NCBI GenBank assembly: GCA_041641295.1
Contig: JBEPYO010000001.1
Location: 1,152,001-1,216,000 of the forward strand
Length of the DNA: 64,000 nt
Direction: 5' to 3'
From: Nitrososphaerota archaeon
Lineage (GTDB): Archaea; Thermoproteota; Nitrososphaeria_A; Caldarchaeales; Calditenuaceae
Below the pieces are notes generated by a model. The model searched no databases and was not told the origin of the DNA. It worked only from the letters and a program-made list of their open reading frames with translations. This document shows, in pieces, positions 37,061 to 47,477 of this stretch. The position numbers and the translations under genes are program-made. Within the stretch, counting starts at the first letter, position 1, and every line of letters starts with the position of its first letter.

Positions 37061-37833
37061 GGGCCCTAAACCAGCTCGCAGGAATAGTGGAGGCGGAGCT
37101 TAGAGCCCTCGCCAGAGAGGCTGGAGTCTTCATATTCGTGGTGTTCTTCCCCTTCATGTTTTCACTCCTGACTTATGGGGCGGGCCAAGCCCTAACAGGT
37201 GGTGAAGCGTCTCCAACTCAGTGGTTCTACCAGTTGATAGGCTTCACAATCATGATGATAGCGCTTACGATGAGTAGCTCTTCTGCGTGGTACTTTAGGA
37301 GGGGGATGATGACTGGCAGGCTAGAATACATTTTCGCGGCGCCTGTAAGCCCGCTAACAGCTGTGCTCTCCTCAGCCCTCACAAGCGTCATCTTTAACAT
37401 AGCCTCCTTCATAGTCGTAGCCGCAATAGGCGTCATAGCGGTCTATGGACCATACTATCTCGTCAACGTCATAGGCGTCATCCTATTCCTCGCTTTAGCC
37501 CTTCTACCCGTCATAGGCTTCAACCTCCTAGTCGGCATATTGACTATATTCTTCCGAGAACCCGAGCCTGTTACCAACCTGATTAACGCTGTAGTCTCGT
37601 CTGTCTCCGGATTTACATACCCCATAATCCTACTACCCAACTTTCTCCAAATCCTCGGACAAGTCATGCCCTACTCCCACATAGTTAACGGGGCTAGGGA
37701 TATTCTCGCAGGCTCATTCAAATATGTCCAACTTTCTCCTCATCTTTTCCTGCTAGGCTATCTAATCATCGGCCTGATAGTGTTCAGGGTGGGCGAGATC
37801 ACCTATGTCAGGAAGAGCGGCGTTCATTGGTAG
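37057..37833 (+). CDS. ABC-2 type permease
   Basis: Six TM helices; GRLEYIFAAPVS, SGFTYPIILLP. Confidence 0.85.
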   Translation: MRALNQLAGIVEAELRALAREAGVFIFVVFFPFMFSLLTYGAGQALTGGEASPTQWFYQLIGFTIMMIALTMSSSSAWYFRRGMMTGRLEYIFAAPVSPLTAVLSSALTSVIFNIASFIVVAAIGVIAVYGPYYLVNVIGVILFLALALLPVIGFNLLVGILTIFFREPEPVTNLINAVVSSVSGFTYPIILLPNFLQILGQVMPYSHIVNGARDILAGSFKYVQLSPHLFLLGYLIIGLIVFRVGEITYVRKSGVHW

Positions 37834-38605
37834 AGTAGCCGCAGAGCTGGAGAAAGGCCTCATAATCTACTCTAGGTACAGGATTTGGCTTTTATCAGAC
37901 CTCATCTCGTGGCCCTTCTGGACAATATTCTTCTTCCTCTCATTCCTGATGTACTCGCCCTCCCTCCTCAGCTCGCAATATCATTTAAACGCATTCACTT
38001 GGAGCTTCTTCACCTTCATACTCGTGTCATCCTTTATGTGGGCTTCGAATTTCCTCGCCACCTCAGCGCAGGAGGGAATACTAGAGTATGTAATAATGAC
38101 GGGGAGCAGTATTAGGGAGCACATGTTGGGGCGTTCTGTTGTCTCTTTCATAGACCTAGCAGTTGGCGGGCCGGTCCTACTGCTTATATCAGCTGCTGGT
38201 TTCGGGACAAAAATCTCCGTAGCCTATCCACACCTGATGCTCGTTTCACTAGTCCTAGCATCAGCCTTCTTCTACTTCTTCTCATCGATGCTGGCCGCTC
38301 TACTAGTCTCCCTCAGGTCGCCTTGGATAATCATCAATGTGGCCCAGTTTATCATACCTTTCACAAGCGGGGCAATACCGGTCGAGGTACTGCCTCCCGA
38401 GATCCGCAGTACAATTACATACTCTCCATTCTTCTATGTAATCCACCCGATAGTAGCCTCGGCGACGGGCCAATACTTCATGCCTCCGGTGCTAGTTTTC
38501 ATGGTTGGCGGAATACTCTGTCTCGCCATCTACCTCGCAAGTAGGGTGCTCGAGGACGCGCTGCTGAGAAGGGCTTTGAGGCACGGTAAATTCACCCTCT
38601 TCTAG
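37805..38605 (+). CDS. ABC-2 type permease
   Basis: Six TM helices; EGILEYV, SGAIPVEVLP. Confidence 0.85.
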   Translation: MSGRAAFIGRVAAELEKGLIIYSRYRIWLLSDLISWPFWTIFFFLSFLMYSPSLLSSQYHLNAFTWSFFTFILVSSFMWASNFLATSAQEGILEYVIMTGSSIREHMLGRSVVSFIDLAVGGPVLLLISAAGFGTKISVAYPHLMLVSLVLASAFFYFFSSMLAALLVSLRSPWIIINVAQFIIPFTSGAIPVEVLPPEIRSTITYSPFFYVIHPIVASATGQYFMPPVLVFMVGGILCLAIYLASRVLEDALLRRALRHGKFTLF

Positions 38606-39478
38606 CTACATTTTCCGGAGTGCTACGTTGGCAAGGTATATTCCTAGAAATGTTGCCGCGGATGTGAATATGATGAGGATTGATAGGTGCCAGAGCATTG
38701 TCTGGCTGTTGAATGGTGTTCCCAGTAGGAGGACCTCTCTCAGGACCTCTATCCCGTGTGTAAGAGGATTAATGGCAGCAATTGTCCTCAGCCACTCCGG
38801 CATAAGAGCTACAGGGTAGAGTGCGCTACTAGTGAACATGAGGGGGAGGTTGAGGAGGTTGCTTACGGCTATGTGGTGCTCCCACGACTTCAGCCTAATC
38901 GTTACTGAAATTATGAGCGAGGAGAGTGAAGCGCCCAGCAGTGCTAAGGATAGAACAGCGATGAGAAACTCAACTGGGCCTGAGACCCTCAATCTCATCC
39001 CTAGTGCGAGCCCTATGAGCATGACTAGGAGAGACTGGGTAACGCCGCGGATGATGGCTGATATTACCTTCCCGAGGATTATAGAGCTCCTGCTTATGGG
39101 TGCCACGAGTAGTTTGTTTAGGATGCCCAGTCTTCTATCCCATGCAACTGACATGCCGCTCGACATTGACGTGAAGAGTAGGATAACACCCATCATCCCC
39201 ACCGCAATGTAGGAGAAGAAATCAATATCACTGGCTCCGAAAAATCTGGATAAGATCTCATTCGCGATTGCGGCGAATCTAGCCGTAGACTCGGGTGGGA
39301 GCTGTTTGAGAATATCCTCCGGTATTCTGAACAGACCTGTAAGGTTGAACGCCTTCCCATAGAGGCTCATCCATAGGAGGGGCTGGATAGTCGTCATGAA
39401 TAGGAGTATAGGGGAGCGGTACCACTTCTTCACTTCGCGCGATGCTATGGCGCCTATCTCAGAAGCCCTACCTATCAT
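38606..39478 (-). CDS. ABC-2 type permease (DrrB-like)
   Basis: DRRLGILNKLLVAPISR, LPLMFTSSALYP, INPLT. Confidence 0.9.
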   Translation of the reverse strand: MIGRASEIGAIASREVKKWYRSPILLFMTTIQPLLWMSLYGKAFNLTGLFRIPEDILKQLPPESTARFAAIANEILSRFFGASDIDFFSYIAVGMMGVILLFTSMSSGMSVAWDRRLGILNKLLVAPISRSSIILGKVISAIIRGVTQSLLVMLIGLALGMRLRVSGPVEFLIAVLSLALLGASLSSLIISVTIRLKSWEHHIAVSNLLNLPLMFTSSALYPVALMPEWLRTIAAINPLTHGIEVLREVLLLGTPFNSQTMLWHLSILIIFTSAATFLGIYLANVALRKM

Positions 39479-40470
39479 GACCTCGCCCTCCTTATCGCGA
39501 TACTCCGCCTAGCAATCTCCTCCCTGGCCCCGTTCTCGTCTCTCAGCTTTCTGCCGGTGAGGCTCAAGAAGACCTCCTCGAGGCTCGGCTTCTTCATCTC
39601 AACACGCCTAACACTCACTCCATCCCGTATGAGTATCGATATCACGGAAGGCAGAACCTCCTCCCCCCTCACAACCTTTACCAATGCCCGCTCACCGTCC
39701 AAAACCACATCGATAACGCCGGGTAGTGTCCTCAACTTCTCCGAGGTGAGCCCGTTTATCTCCGAGACTTCGAGCTCTATCAGGTCTCCCCCTATTGTGG
39801 ATTTTAGGCGGCTGGGCGTGTCTATCGCCTTGACTCGGCCATAGTCTATTATGGCGACCCTGTTGCAGAGGTTGTCCGCCTCGTCCATGTAGTGTGTGGT
39901 CATGAATATTGTTACGCCCTTCTCTCTGACTAGACTTCTTATGTAGTTCCATATCGCTGCTCGGGTTTGCACGTCAAGCCCCAGTGTGGGCTCGTCGAGG
40001 AAGAGTACCTTTGGCTCATGTATAAGTGCGCACCCTATCTCGAGCCTCTTCTTCATTCCGCCCGAGTATGACTCAACCTTCTTGTTGGCGAACCTCTCCA
40101 GCTCCAAGAACTCAAGAATCTCCTTCACCCTTACCCTAGCCTCCTCCTTGGGCACGTGATAGAGTGCTGCATGAAGCATCATGTTTTCATAGCCTGTCAA
40201 CTCGTCGTCCACGGTCAATTCCTGAGGGGCCAGCCCGATGACCTCTCTGACCCTTTCAGGCTCATCGACTATGTCGTAACCCCACACCCTAGCGCTTCCT
40301 GCCGTGGGTTTTAGGAGCGTGGTCAGCATGTTTATTGTTGTTGTTTTGCCTGCCCCATTCGGTCCTAGGAATCCGAAGATCTCGCCCTTCTCTACAGCGA
40401 ATGATATGTTGTCGACCGCTACGATTTCTCCGAAAACCTTTCTTAAACCATGTGCCTCAATAGCATTCAC
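39475..40470 (-). CDS. ABC exporter ATP-binding protein (DrrA-like)
   Basis: GPNGAGKT, YSGGM, FLDEPT, TTHYMDEA. Confidence 0.93.
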   Translation of the reverse strand: MNAIEAHGLRKVFGEIVAVDNISFAVEKGEIFGFLGPNGAGKTTTINMLTTLLKPTAGSARVWGYDIVDEPERVREVIGLAPQELTVDDELTGYENMMLHAALYHVPKEEARVRVKEILEFLELERFANKKVESYSGGMKKRLEIGCALIHEPKVLFLDEPTLGLDVQTRAAIWNYIRSLVREKGVTIFMTTHYMDEADNLCNRVAIIDYGRVKAIDTPSRLKSTIGGDLIELEVSEINGLTSEKLRTLPGVIDVVLDGERALVKVVRGEEVLPSVISILIRDGVSVRRVEMKKPSLEEVFLSLTGRKLRDENGAREEIARRSIAIRRARS

Positions 40471-40961
40471 TTAGAGCCGCCCTCCCCTAGGCTCAATATC
40501 TTTCTTCTCGCCTCGTCGAGTATCTTTGAGACCTCGCCCAACCTCTCTGTGGGGTATTTAATGTACGCGTTCAATACTGCGAGCCCAAGCCTACGGGCCG
40601 AGTCCAAGAGCTCAAGGCCCTCGATAGAAGTGGCTCTCTTACACTTTTCGTAGAAGGCTGTTAGCTGTTCTTCTCTATCGCTGAGGAACCTTAGCCCATC
40701 CTCTGTTATCCTGTATCGCTTCTTCCCATCCTCAAGTGTCTCTGACTGGATGAGGCCTTCATCCTCCAACCACTGGAGTGTGGGATATACTGCCCCCGGG
40801 CTTGGGGTGTACCAGCCCCCGAACATGTCCCGGATGCTCCTTATGACCTCGTAGCCCCGCTTGGGCCCATCTTTAAGCGCCTCCAGAACCAATAGCCTCA
40901 TATCGCCCCGCCCCATCCATCTAAGCCCCATAAGGAGCGGCAGCTTCCCGACTCCCTTCAT
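40467..40961 (-). CDS. PadR family transcriptional regulator
   Basis: RGDMRLLVL, GYEVI, YTPSPGAVYPTLQWLEDEGLI, KKRYRITEDG. Confidence 0.92.
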   Translation of the reverse strand: MKGVGKLPLLMGLRWMGRGDMRLLVLEALKDGPKRGYEVIRSIRDMFGGWYTPSPGAVYPTLQWLEDEGLIQSETLEDGKKRYRITEDGLRFLSDREEQLTAFYEKCKRATSIEGLELLDSARRLGLAVLNAYIKYPTERLGEVSKILDEARRKILSLGEGGSK

Positions 40962-40965
40962 ATCT

Positions 40966-40996
40966 CGATATATCGTGAGCTTATGCGATATATATG
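40966..40996. promoter_or_regulatory. Candidate PadR autoregulatory operators: perfect palindrome CGATATATCG (40966..40975) and a degenerate copy CGATATATATG (40986..40996)
   Basis: Directly upstream of the padR ATG; copies are 20 bp apart and the second overlaps the likely TATA box. Confidence 0.65.
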
Positions 40997-41008
40997 CCTA
41001 ATACAATC

Positions 41009-42070
41009 CTATCTGCTTAAGCCAATTCCATGACAGACTATCTGCACCCCCTTTGCCCCCTCACTTACCTCAAACCTCGCGCCCGTGAGGCTCCCCACAA
41101 CCTCCACGCCCGTAAAGGTGTGGCTTGTCATGGAGCTCGTCCTGATCCTAGACTCCCCGTCTGCGAGGGCCATCCAGATGATGAGCTGGTCTGCCAAGTG
41201 CTTGTCGATGGGGGCGCCTGTGGAGAGCTGGGAAAGGGCGTCATCAACCGCCCGTCTGGCCACCTCCTCTGCGGGGACACCCTTCTCGCCGAGAGAGTCG
41301 AAACCCATCGTGAGGCCGTTGGAGAGCCGCGCAAGTATGAAGACTCCTGTGCCCGGGTCTACGGCGTTTCTCGGATCATCCGGCCCCAAGGACTCGGTCC
41401 TCACCACTATGTCTTTGTATCCAGCCTTCCTGAGCAGGGACTCGGCCGTCCCAGCCATGCGCTTGACAATATGGTCTGGGAGATTACAGCTATAGGCAAA
41501 AACCTCCAACACCTCCAACTCCGCCTCCACAGCCTCGATGGGTCTCAGCCTATCGACAGGCTGGGTCTCAACCCTCACCACCCCCTGCCCCCTCGGATAA
41601 AACCCCCTCCTCACCAGCGAGACCTCAGCGCTAACACCCATTCTCCTCAACGCCGGTAATAGTACCTCGCGGATATAGTCGATGGGTGGTGCTAGGGGGT
41701 TGTTGGTCCCGCCCCGGAGCTCAACCTCGCATGGGCCTTCTGCGAAGCATAGAACAGGCAGGAGCGATTGGAGGACTAGGGACACACTTCCAGCGGTACC
41801 CGTGTCGAAGAAGTATCTCCCTCCGCGGGGTTTTGAAGGCTTAAAGACTATACTGGAGGAGCCAACCTTCAGCCCCTCCACAGACCCCCCACAGACAACA
41901 GCAACGGACCTGATCGCTGTTATGTGCTGTGGTCTCAGTCCCGGCGGCTGGCGCTTCGCCCGGATATTGTATATCCTCAGCTCCTCCCCTAGTAGGGCGC
42001 AAGTGGAGACAGCGTATCTTAGGACTTGGCCACCACCCTCACCTATACTGCCGTCAACAACCTTAACCAT
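41009..42070 (-). CDS. rtcA: RNA 3'-terminal phosphate cyclase
   Basis: DGSIGEGGGQVLR, IRAKR..PGLRPQH, GGTNNP, RRGFYPRG, DKHLADQL, SHTFT. Confidence 0.95.
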   Translation of the reverse strand: MVKVVDGSIGEGGGQVLRYAVSTCALLGEELRIYNIRAKRQPPGLRPQHITAIRSVAVVCGGSVEGLKVGSSSIVFKPSKPRGGRYFFDTGTAGSVSLVLQSLLPVLCFAEGPCEVELRGGTNNPLAPPIDYIREVLLPALRRMGVSAEVSLVRRGFYPRGQGVVRVETQPVDRLRPIEAVEAELEVLEVFAYSCNLPDHIVKRMAGTAESLLRKAGYKDIVVRTESLGPDDPRNAVDPGTGVFILARLSNGLTMGFDSLGEKGVPAEEVARRAVDDALSQLSTGAPIDKHLADQLIIWMALADGESRIRTSSMTSHTFTGVEVVGSLTGARFEVSEGAKGVQIVCHGIGLSR

Positions 42071-42124
42071 ACGCTCCTAGCCCGTCTCACAAAGCTCTAC
42101 CTGAAGCTATAAACTGTAGAGGGT

Positions 42125-43483
42125 CTATGCGGGTAGGCCGAGGAGTCTCAGAAGGGCCATGTGTTCTTCGCTTCTCACCGGATAGTAGATGAAGAACCAC
42201 ATGAGCTGGGCACCTACAACAATCCAGACGACATAGGAGGGCATATCCCTCCTAGTCAATATGTCCGCTACCGAGATGGAGAGGATGGGCAGAGTGAAAT
42301 AGAAGTAGAATGGGTAGACCCAGCGGCTTAAAAGATATGCGAGAGGGAAATAGATAAGATAGTTTAACACCACCCAGATCGTGAAAAAGGTGTCAACCGC
42401 CTCTCTCCCAGAATGAGGAAGACTCCTCATGCCTCTAAGATGTTGTATTATTTCCCTGAAACCGAAAGGTATCGAGTATATTGCGGCAATCCAGAAGAGC
42501 CACCAGAGTGGGCTCTGAATGCCGTAATAGAGTATGGGGTGCTGCTCCCTACTATCGATGAGGACTGTCACAACGTAGAAGCCCATCGGACTAAATCCTC
42601 CAATCGGTAAAACCCAGTTTAGTGGAAGGTCAACTACAGTTCTTCCACCATTATCCCTGTGGACGCAGTAGAGTGGAAGATTGGGTTCCGCGCAGTTGAA
42701 CCTGAGCGATGAGTGATAGCTCAAGATGAAGTCCATGTGGGCGAACGGGTGGGGATAGGCTTGGAATTGAATATCGTATACCGCGAGACCAGCCGTTGTA
42801 AGTGAAAAGAGTAGCAGGCTGTAGAGTACTACATGCCTCATTAGGTAGGAGATCCGCGCGGCAGTGTCTTCACTGGACCTGCTTGTGATAAGTGCGTCGT
42901 AAATAATTATTCCCAACGCGGTGAACAATGCAGATGTCTTAGATAACACTGAGGCGGTTAGGGCAATTGTCCCCAAGTATCGTCGCCCAGCTATGAAAAA
43001 GTATGCCCCTAAGAGTGCGAAGAAGAGTGAGGGAGCGTCTAGAATCGCTATTGAGGAAATATTGAAGCTGGTCACATCCAGTGCGAAAAGGAGGACGGAT
43101 AGGAGGGCCGCCTTCCCATCCCCAATCAGCCTGCGGGCCAGCAGGTACAGGACGGGTAGCGCGAGAGCCCCGCTGATCACTGAGGGCAGCCGCCAAGCAA
43201 GTGGTGTATCGCCGAGAGCAAGTATCGAATACATTATAAGATATTTCGCAAGTGGCGGATGTTCATTATTCGCGGCTTCACCATTAATCATCTTCCTCAC
43301 AGCTCTGACATAGTGTGCCTCGTCAAAGACGAACCCACACCCCGATGTCTGCTCAATACACTCCTGCGGAGGCCGCTCGGGTGAGGGCGTATTAATTATT
43401 GATAGTTTAAGGACAATGTAGATTATAGTAAGCAATACCACAGCGGTCTTTGGCTGGCTTAGCTTGGAGAGCCACGAACGCAT
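42125..43483 (-). CDS. GT-C membrane glycosyltransferase, family 39 / protein O-mannosyltransferase-like
   Basis: FVFDEAHYV, NNEHPPLAK, AWRLPS, ILD; many TM helices. Confidence 0.85.
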   Translation of the reverse strand: MRSWLSKLSQPKTAVVLLTIIYIVLKLSIINTPSPERPPQECIEQTSGCGFVFDEAHYVRAVRKMINGEAANNEHPPLAKYLIMYSILALGDTPLAWRLPSVISGALALPVLYLLARRLIGDGKAALLSVLLFALDVTSFNISSIAILDAPSLFFALLGAYFFIAGRRYLGTIALTASVLSKTSALFTALGIIIYDALITSRSSEDTAARISYLMRHVVLYSLLLFSLTTAGLAVYDIQFQAYPHPFAHMDFILSYHSSLRFNCAEPNLPLYCVHRDNGGRTVVDLPLNWVLPIGGFSPMGFYVVTVLIDSREQHPILYYGIQSPLWWLFWIAAIYSIPFGFREIIQHLRGMRSLPHSGREAVDTFFTIWVVLNYLIYFPLAYLLSRWVYPFYFYFTLPILSISVADILTRRDMPSYVVWIVVGAQLMWFFIYYPVRSEEHMALLRLLGLPA

Positions 43484-43492
43484 GATTCTACA

Positions 43493-43756
43493 CTACCGTC
43501 TCAAGATGATCTCTATATAGCTGATATTCCTCGGCTTATTATCCACCATAATCGTCTCGGTGCCTATGTTTATACTCTCAATCTGAATATCCGTTACAAA
43601 CCCCCTCCTCAGAGTATTTACTACGTCTACGCAAGAGCTTATCCTACGCCCCCTAGCCCTCAAGATCACTCTGTCGCTACCCCTGTTGAAGGATGTTAGG
43701 CAAGCGGTAACATAGCTCAGGATCGGCTTCTTACCTATTATCACTTGGGGAATCAA
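43493..43756 (-). CDS. albA: DNA/RNA-binding protein Alba
   Basis: IGKKP..YV, LRARGRRIS..VDV, IGTE, ISYIEIIL. Confidence 0.92.
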   Translation of the reverse strand: MIPQVIIGKKPILSYVTACLTSFNRGSDRVILRARGRRISSCVDVVNTLRRGFVTDIQIESINIGTETIMVDNKPRNISYIEIILRR

Positions 43757-43814
43757 CTGGCTTGTATTAACTTATCTTCCATTTAGATATAACAATTTCC
43801 CTTTTCTGGGCTTT

Positions 43815-45584
43815 TTAGAAGAGTATGGCGATGACGAAGCCTGTGATGGCTGAGCCGAAAAGGCCGGACAGGTAGATCATTGCGTGACGTTTTACGCGGG
43901 CGGCTAGTTTTTCGAATAACTCTTCCGTGAAGAGTCTGACGCCCTCGTGCTTAATCCTCACGTAGGCGGCTTCTACCTCCTCGGCTGACGCTGTGGCCTC
44001 GGATGAGAGCTTTTCAAAGATGTTTATGATCTCTTCACGGGAAGTGTTCTCCCCCACCGGATAGTACCCTCGCCCTCCCAGCACTACACCGTTCACAGAG
44101 TGTGTATCTGTCGTCAATACCTCTGATGTCTGCCACCCCATACTCGTAAGCCATTGGCGCAGCGTATCGGTAACCCATGGCATGGCGTTGTTTCCATCTA
44201 TGACTCCGAGCGCCGCCTTGTGGCCGTCTACTTTGAGGGCTACGAGTGAGTAGCCGCATGGGCCTATACCCCGCCTCGGGTCGTGGTCTCCGAACCCTGC
44301 CTTGCATATCGCGAGCTGTAATCTGCCGCGTGAGGTCTCGCCTGTGTGGTTAAACCTTTTTAGGAGATCCTGTATGTCTGCCAAGTCTCCTGGGCTAAGC
44401 TTCTTAAATCTGTGGGAAAAAGAGTTGTGCGGGTCTATCACGGAAGTGTTGTACTCGTCAGCGAACACGGCTATCTCTTCGGGAATATCCTCCATTGGTT
44501 CTGGGTGGAAGCTAACTACTGCAGCCCTCCTCCCCGCCAACTCTAACATGAAGCCTCCTGCTCTCCCAGTCCTCAACCACGTCCACAGGGCGGCCTCATC
44601 ACTCCACCCATCCTTGACACTGCATATTCCTGCTACGACTTCTTCTGCCACCCGCTCAGCGTCTTGGCTGGCTATTATGTCTGATATGTGGGTTGTGCAT
44701 CCCTTCACGGCTACGGCTGTAACCCCTCTTTTAGCCGCCTTAGATTCTATTAACCAGTTAAGCATCGAGCTGCCCATCCTTCTAAACGGGCCCATGTGAA
44801 ACCCCAAAATGACTAGGGCTGACAGTTTCCCAGTTCTCTTACCCCTAAACACAAATGCCTCAGTGACTCGCTCACCGATCTTTCCGAGCCTATACAGCGC
44901 GTCCTCAAGTATCTTGGGGTTGCCCTCAAGCATGAGCCTAGTCAATCCTCTTGACAGCCTTATGGATGAGACGCCATCTCCATCTGGGAGGCCTATTAAG
45001 AATAGGGTTGAAGCAGCGACTGCTGCTCCCAGAGGTGGACTGGCCATAACGATGTCTGGTAGTGGTGCCTCCAATGCTAGGGTGATGAACAGGGCTGCAA
45101 GGAAAGGCTCCACCATGGCCCAAGCTGCGACAGATAAGCCCCGCTCACCATCTATCACCCATGTAAGCGTGAGCCTGATGAAAGTGGTAGTGGCTAGTGA
45201 GGCGGAGAGAAGAGGGTTGAGGATGCCCAGACCCATGGTAGTGGAGAGGTATCCTAGGAGGAGGGCCGCTGTAATGAAATAGTTTGAGAGGAGGGTCAGT
45301 TGGCAGAGACGCCTGAAAGTCGAGTGGAGTGGAAGACCATGGAAAATATTTACGGATATTGCTGCGAGAAGTAGGGGCAGGGCTGCGAAGCCGGCAATAC
45401 TGTAGAGCATTGACTGGAGGTGTTTTCCGCTGAGGTAGCCTGTGAGAACTCCCAAGATGCCCGCCGTAGCCGCTGTCAATACTACGGGGTGGTGGCTTCC
45501 CGGGACCCGGAAAATGTACTTGTACCTCGATGCAAGATAGTCGGCGGGGTCCTCCATTTCAAGCTGATGAGGCCATGGCTTCAT
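43815..45584 (-). CDS. DUF2070 family membrane protein (start possibly ATG 45557)
   Basis: N-terminal TM bundle; HMGPFRRMGSS, DPHN, DGNN, TTDTH conserved blocks. Confidence 0.78.
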   Translation of the reverse strand: MKPWPHQLEMEDPADYLASRYKYIFRVPGSHHPVVLTAATAGILGVLTGYLSGKHLQSMLYSIAGFAALPLLLAAISVNIFHGLPLHSTFRRLCQLTLLSNYFITAALLLGYLSTTMGLGILNPLLSASLATTTFIRLTLTWVIDGERGLSVAAWAMVEPFLAALFITLALEAPLPDIVMASPPLGAAVAASTLFLIGLPDGDGVSSIRLSRGLTRLMLEGNPKILEDALYRLGKIGERVTEAFVFRGKRTGKLSALVILGFHMGPFRRMGSSMLNWLIESKAAKRGVTAVAVKGCTTHISDIIASQDAERVAEEVVAGICSVKDGWSDEAALWTWLRTGRAGGFMLELAGRRAAVVSFHPEPMEDIPEEIAVFADEYNTSVIDPHNSFSHRFKKLSPGDLADIQDLLKRFNHTGETSRGRLQLAICKAGFGDHDPRRGIGPCGYSLVALKVDGHKAALGVIDGNNAMPWVTDTLRQWLTSMGWQTSEVLTTDTHSVNGVVLGGRGYYPVGENTSREEIINIFEKLSSEATASAEEVEAAYVRIKHEGVRLFTEELFEKLAARVKRHAMIYLSGLFGSAITGFVIAILF

Positions 45585-45605
45585 AAAAACCCTGTTATTG
45601 CCCCT

Positions 45606-46616
45606 TCAGGGTAGGATCTCCTCGAGGCTGCTAGCCCCCATACTGGCCAGTATCTTGGCTAGGTCGGCGACTATTTGCCTAACTACTCGGGGTCCGCGGT
45701 ATACCAGCGCCGTGTAGACCTGAACCGTAGACGCTCCGAGTCTAAAGGCCTGCAAGGCATCCTCTGCACTGAAGATGCCTCCGACAGCATTTATCTCGCA
45801 GTTGCCTCCGATAAGGCTGCGAAGTTCCCTCAGAGTCTCCAGCATGTAGGGGTTTAGTGGCCTGCCACTGAGTCCCCCGAACCCTGTAGAGAGCCGGGTC
45901 TCACTGACTGGAAGTGTGTTAACGGCTGTAATGCTCTCTAGTCCATTGTCAACCCAGATCTTTACAGCTCTCAGGACGTGGTTCCTCAGCTCCGCCCGAG
46001 CCAGAGGCGGTATCTTAAGCGCTAGGGGACACCACTTAACGCTAACAAGCAGCTCGACTAGGTGGCTAAACCTCTCCTCAGACCATATTGCAACTGCATC
46101 ACGGAGGCTTGGCGAGCTAAGATTCACCTCGACACCCGCGACCACCCCTCTCAGCCTCTCATAACAGGCCACAATCTCCTCTGGGTCTGCTCCAGCGATA
46201 CTCGCGACCACCGGGACACCGGCAAGCGGCGCACCAATCGACAAATTCTTGGCGAAGACGTCTATGCCAGGGTTTGGGAGACCCATGGCGTTTACGAGGG
46301 CCTCGCCCCTCCTCCTAACAATTCTAGGCCTCCTGTTTCCCGGCCTAGGGTTTAGCGTAACCGAGCCCGCCACCAAGTATCCGAACCCGAGTCTGGACAG
46401 GTGCGCTACACTCTCACCAGTCTTGTCAAAGCCGGCTGCAAGTCCTATGGGCGGGGCGAGCCTACCAAGCCATGTCTTAAGTTGAATTCCCTCAGGAGGC
46501 TCCAACCTCCCTGGTCTTAGAAGCCTGACCAGCCTTAACCCCGCCCTGTGGGCATCCTCGGGTGGCAGGAGTCTCAGAAGCTTGTGAGCTAGGCTTGGCA
46601 GTATTGGCCCAGACAC
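45606..46616 (-). CDS. pyrD: Dihydroorotate dehydrogenase, class 2 (quinone)-like
   Basis: LPPEDAH, GLAAGFDK, GSVT..PRPGN..PR, NAMGLPN, NLSSP, LKIPP, NT, GGLSG, VGGI, QVYT. Confidence 0.88.
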   Translation of the reverse strand: MSGPILPSLAHKLLRLLPPEDAHRAGLRLVRLLRPGRLEPPEGIQLKTWLGRLAPPIGLAAGFDKTGESVAHLSRLGFGYLVAGSVTLNPRPGNRRPRIVRRRGEALVNAMGLPNPGIDVFAKNLSIGAPLAGVPVVASIAGADPEEIVACYERLRGVVAGVEVNLSSPSLRDAVAIWSEERFSHLVELLVSVKWCPLALKIPPLARAELRNHVLRAVKIWVDNGLESITAVNTLPVSETRLSTGFGGLSGRPLNPYMLETLRELRSLIGGNCEINAVGGIFSAEDALQAFRLGASTVQVYTALVYRGPRVVRQIVADLAKILASMGASSLEEILP

Positions 46617-46641
46617 GTCAGAGGATATTGTTGTTTAGCCT

Positions 46642-47097
46642 CTATTTATTCGAGGGCATTGAGTAGAGTTCAGCGGGGCTGTCAGCAGAGGCTATTATCC
46701 TCCCACTCCAGGGGCAGTATGAGCCGACGGTGTCGACCCAGTAGTCGAGCTCACTCTCCACATAGCTCGGAAGACCATCACACAGCTCTATCGAAAACTC
46801 AGCAAACCTGACCGTGTCGGGGCGGAGGTGCCAGCTCCACGGCCTGTTAAAGCCTCCATCTCCACGCTCGAGCTTACCAATTGGAAAGAGACGATTCAAC
46901 CCCCTCATATTATCTTCAGCCAGCCTTATCGTCTCCGCATCCGTTACATAGATAACGAATCGCTCACCCAACACGTCGACCAGAAAATACTTGCCACCGC
47001 TCCGCCCTCCCCCCAACAGTAAAGGAGAGAAAATCAGCAACGCTATTACAGAAACAGCAAGGACGGCGATAAGTAGGGCTAGGAAGACTGGACGCAA
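46642..47097 (-). CDS. Membrane-anchored secreted protein, BP74-related domain
   Basis: N-terminal TM; GGFNRPWSWHL, IELCDGLPSYVE, YCPWS. Confidence 0.6.
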   Translation of the reverse strand: MRPVFLALLIAVLAVSVIALLIFSPLLLGGGRSGGKYFLVDVLGERFVIYVTDAETIRLAEDNMRGLNRLFPIGKLERGDGGFNRPWSWHLRPDTVRFAEFSIELCDGLPSYVESELDYWVDTVGSYCPWSGRIIASADSPAELYSMPSNK

Positions 47098-47152
47098 AGT
47101 CTAGACCTAAAAACACTTGGACGATATTTATTGATTTGCCATACAGCCATTA

Positions 47153-47416
47153 TTAGTATACTCTATCCCACTCCTTCACAGTGAACTTCCGTAGCCCAAA
47201 CTTAACATACGGATCCGACTCTACTATTGACTTGGCCTCCTCGATGTTTTTAGCCTCCAGTATGTAGAGGCCTCCGCTACCATCCTTGAACCGTCCTGAG
47301 GCAAAGAGGATGCCGCGGGCCTTGAGGGATGCGAGGTGGTCGAGGTGCGACTGCCTCTGGCTCTGTGTGGGCTCCACTCCAGGAATAGCTTCGAGCATGA
47401 CCACGAAGTATGGCAT
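47153..47416 (-). CDS. YciI family protein
   Basis: RQSHLDHL, ASGRF.DGSGGLYI, ESDPYV. Confidence 0.85.
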   Translation of the reverse strand: MPYFVVMLEAIPGVEPTQSQRQSHLDHLASLKARGILFASGRFKDGSGGLYILEAKNIEEAKSIVESDPYVKFGLRKFTVKEWDRVY

Positions 47417-47477
47417 TGTCTCTGCCTCACTGACTCGTGGAGAGGGCTTAATTTAAATGCTATTTCATAGTTTCAGG

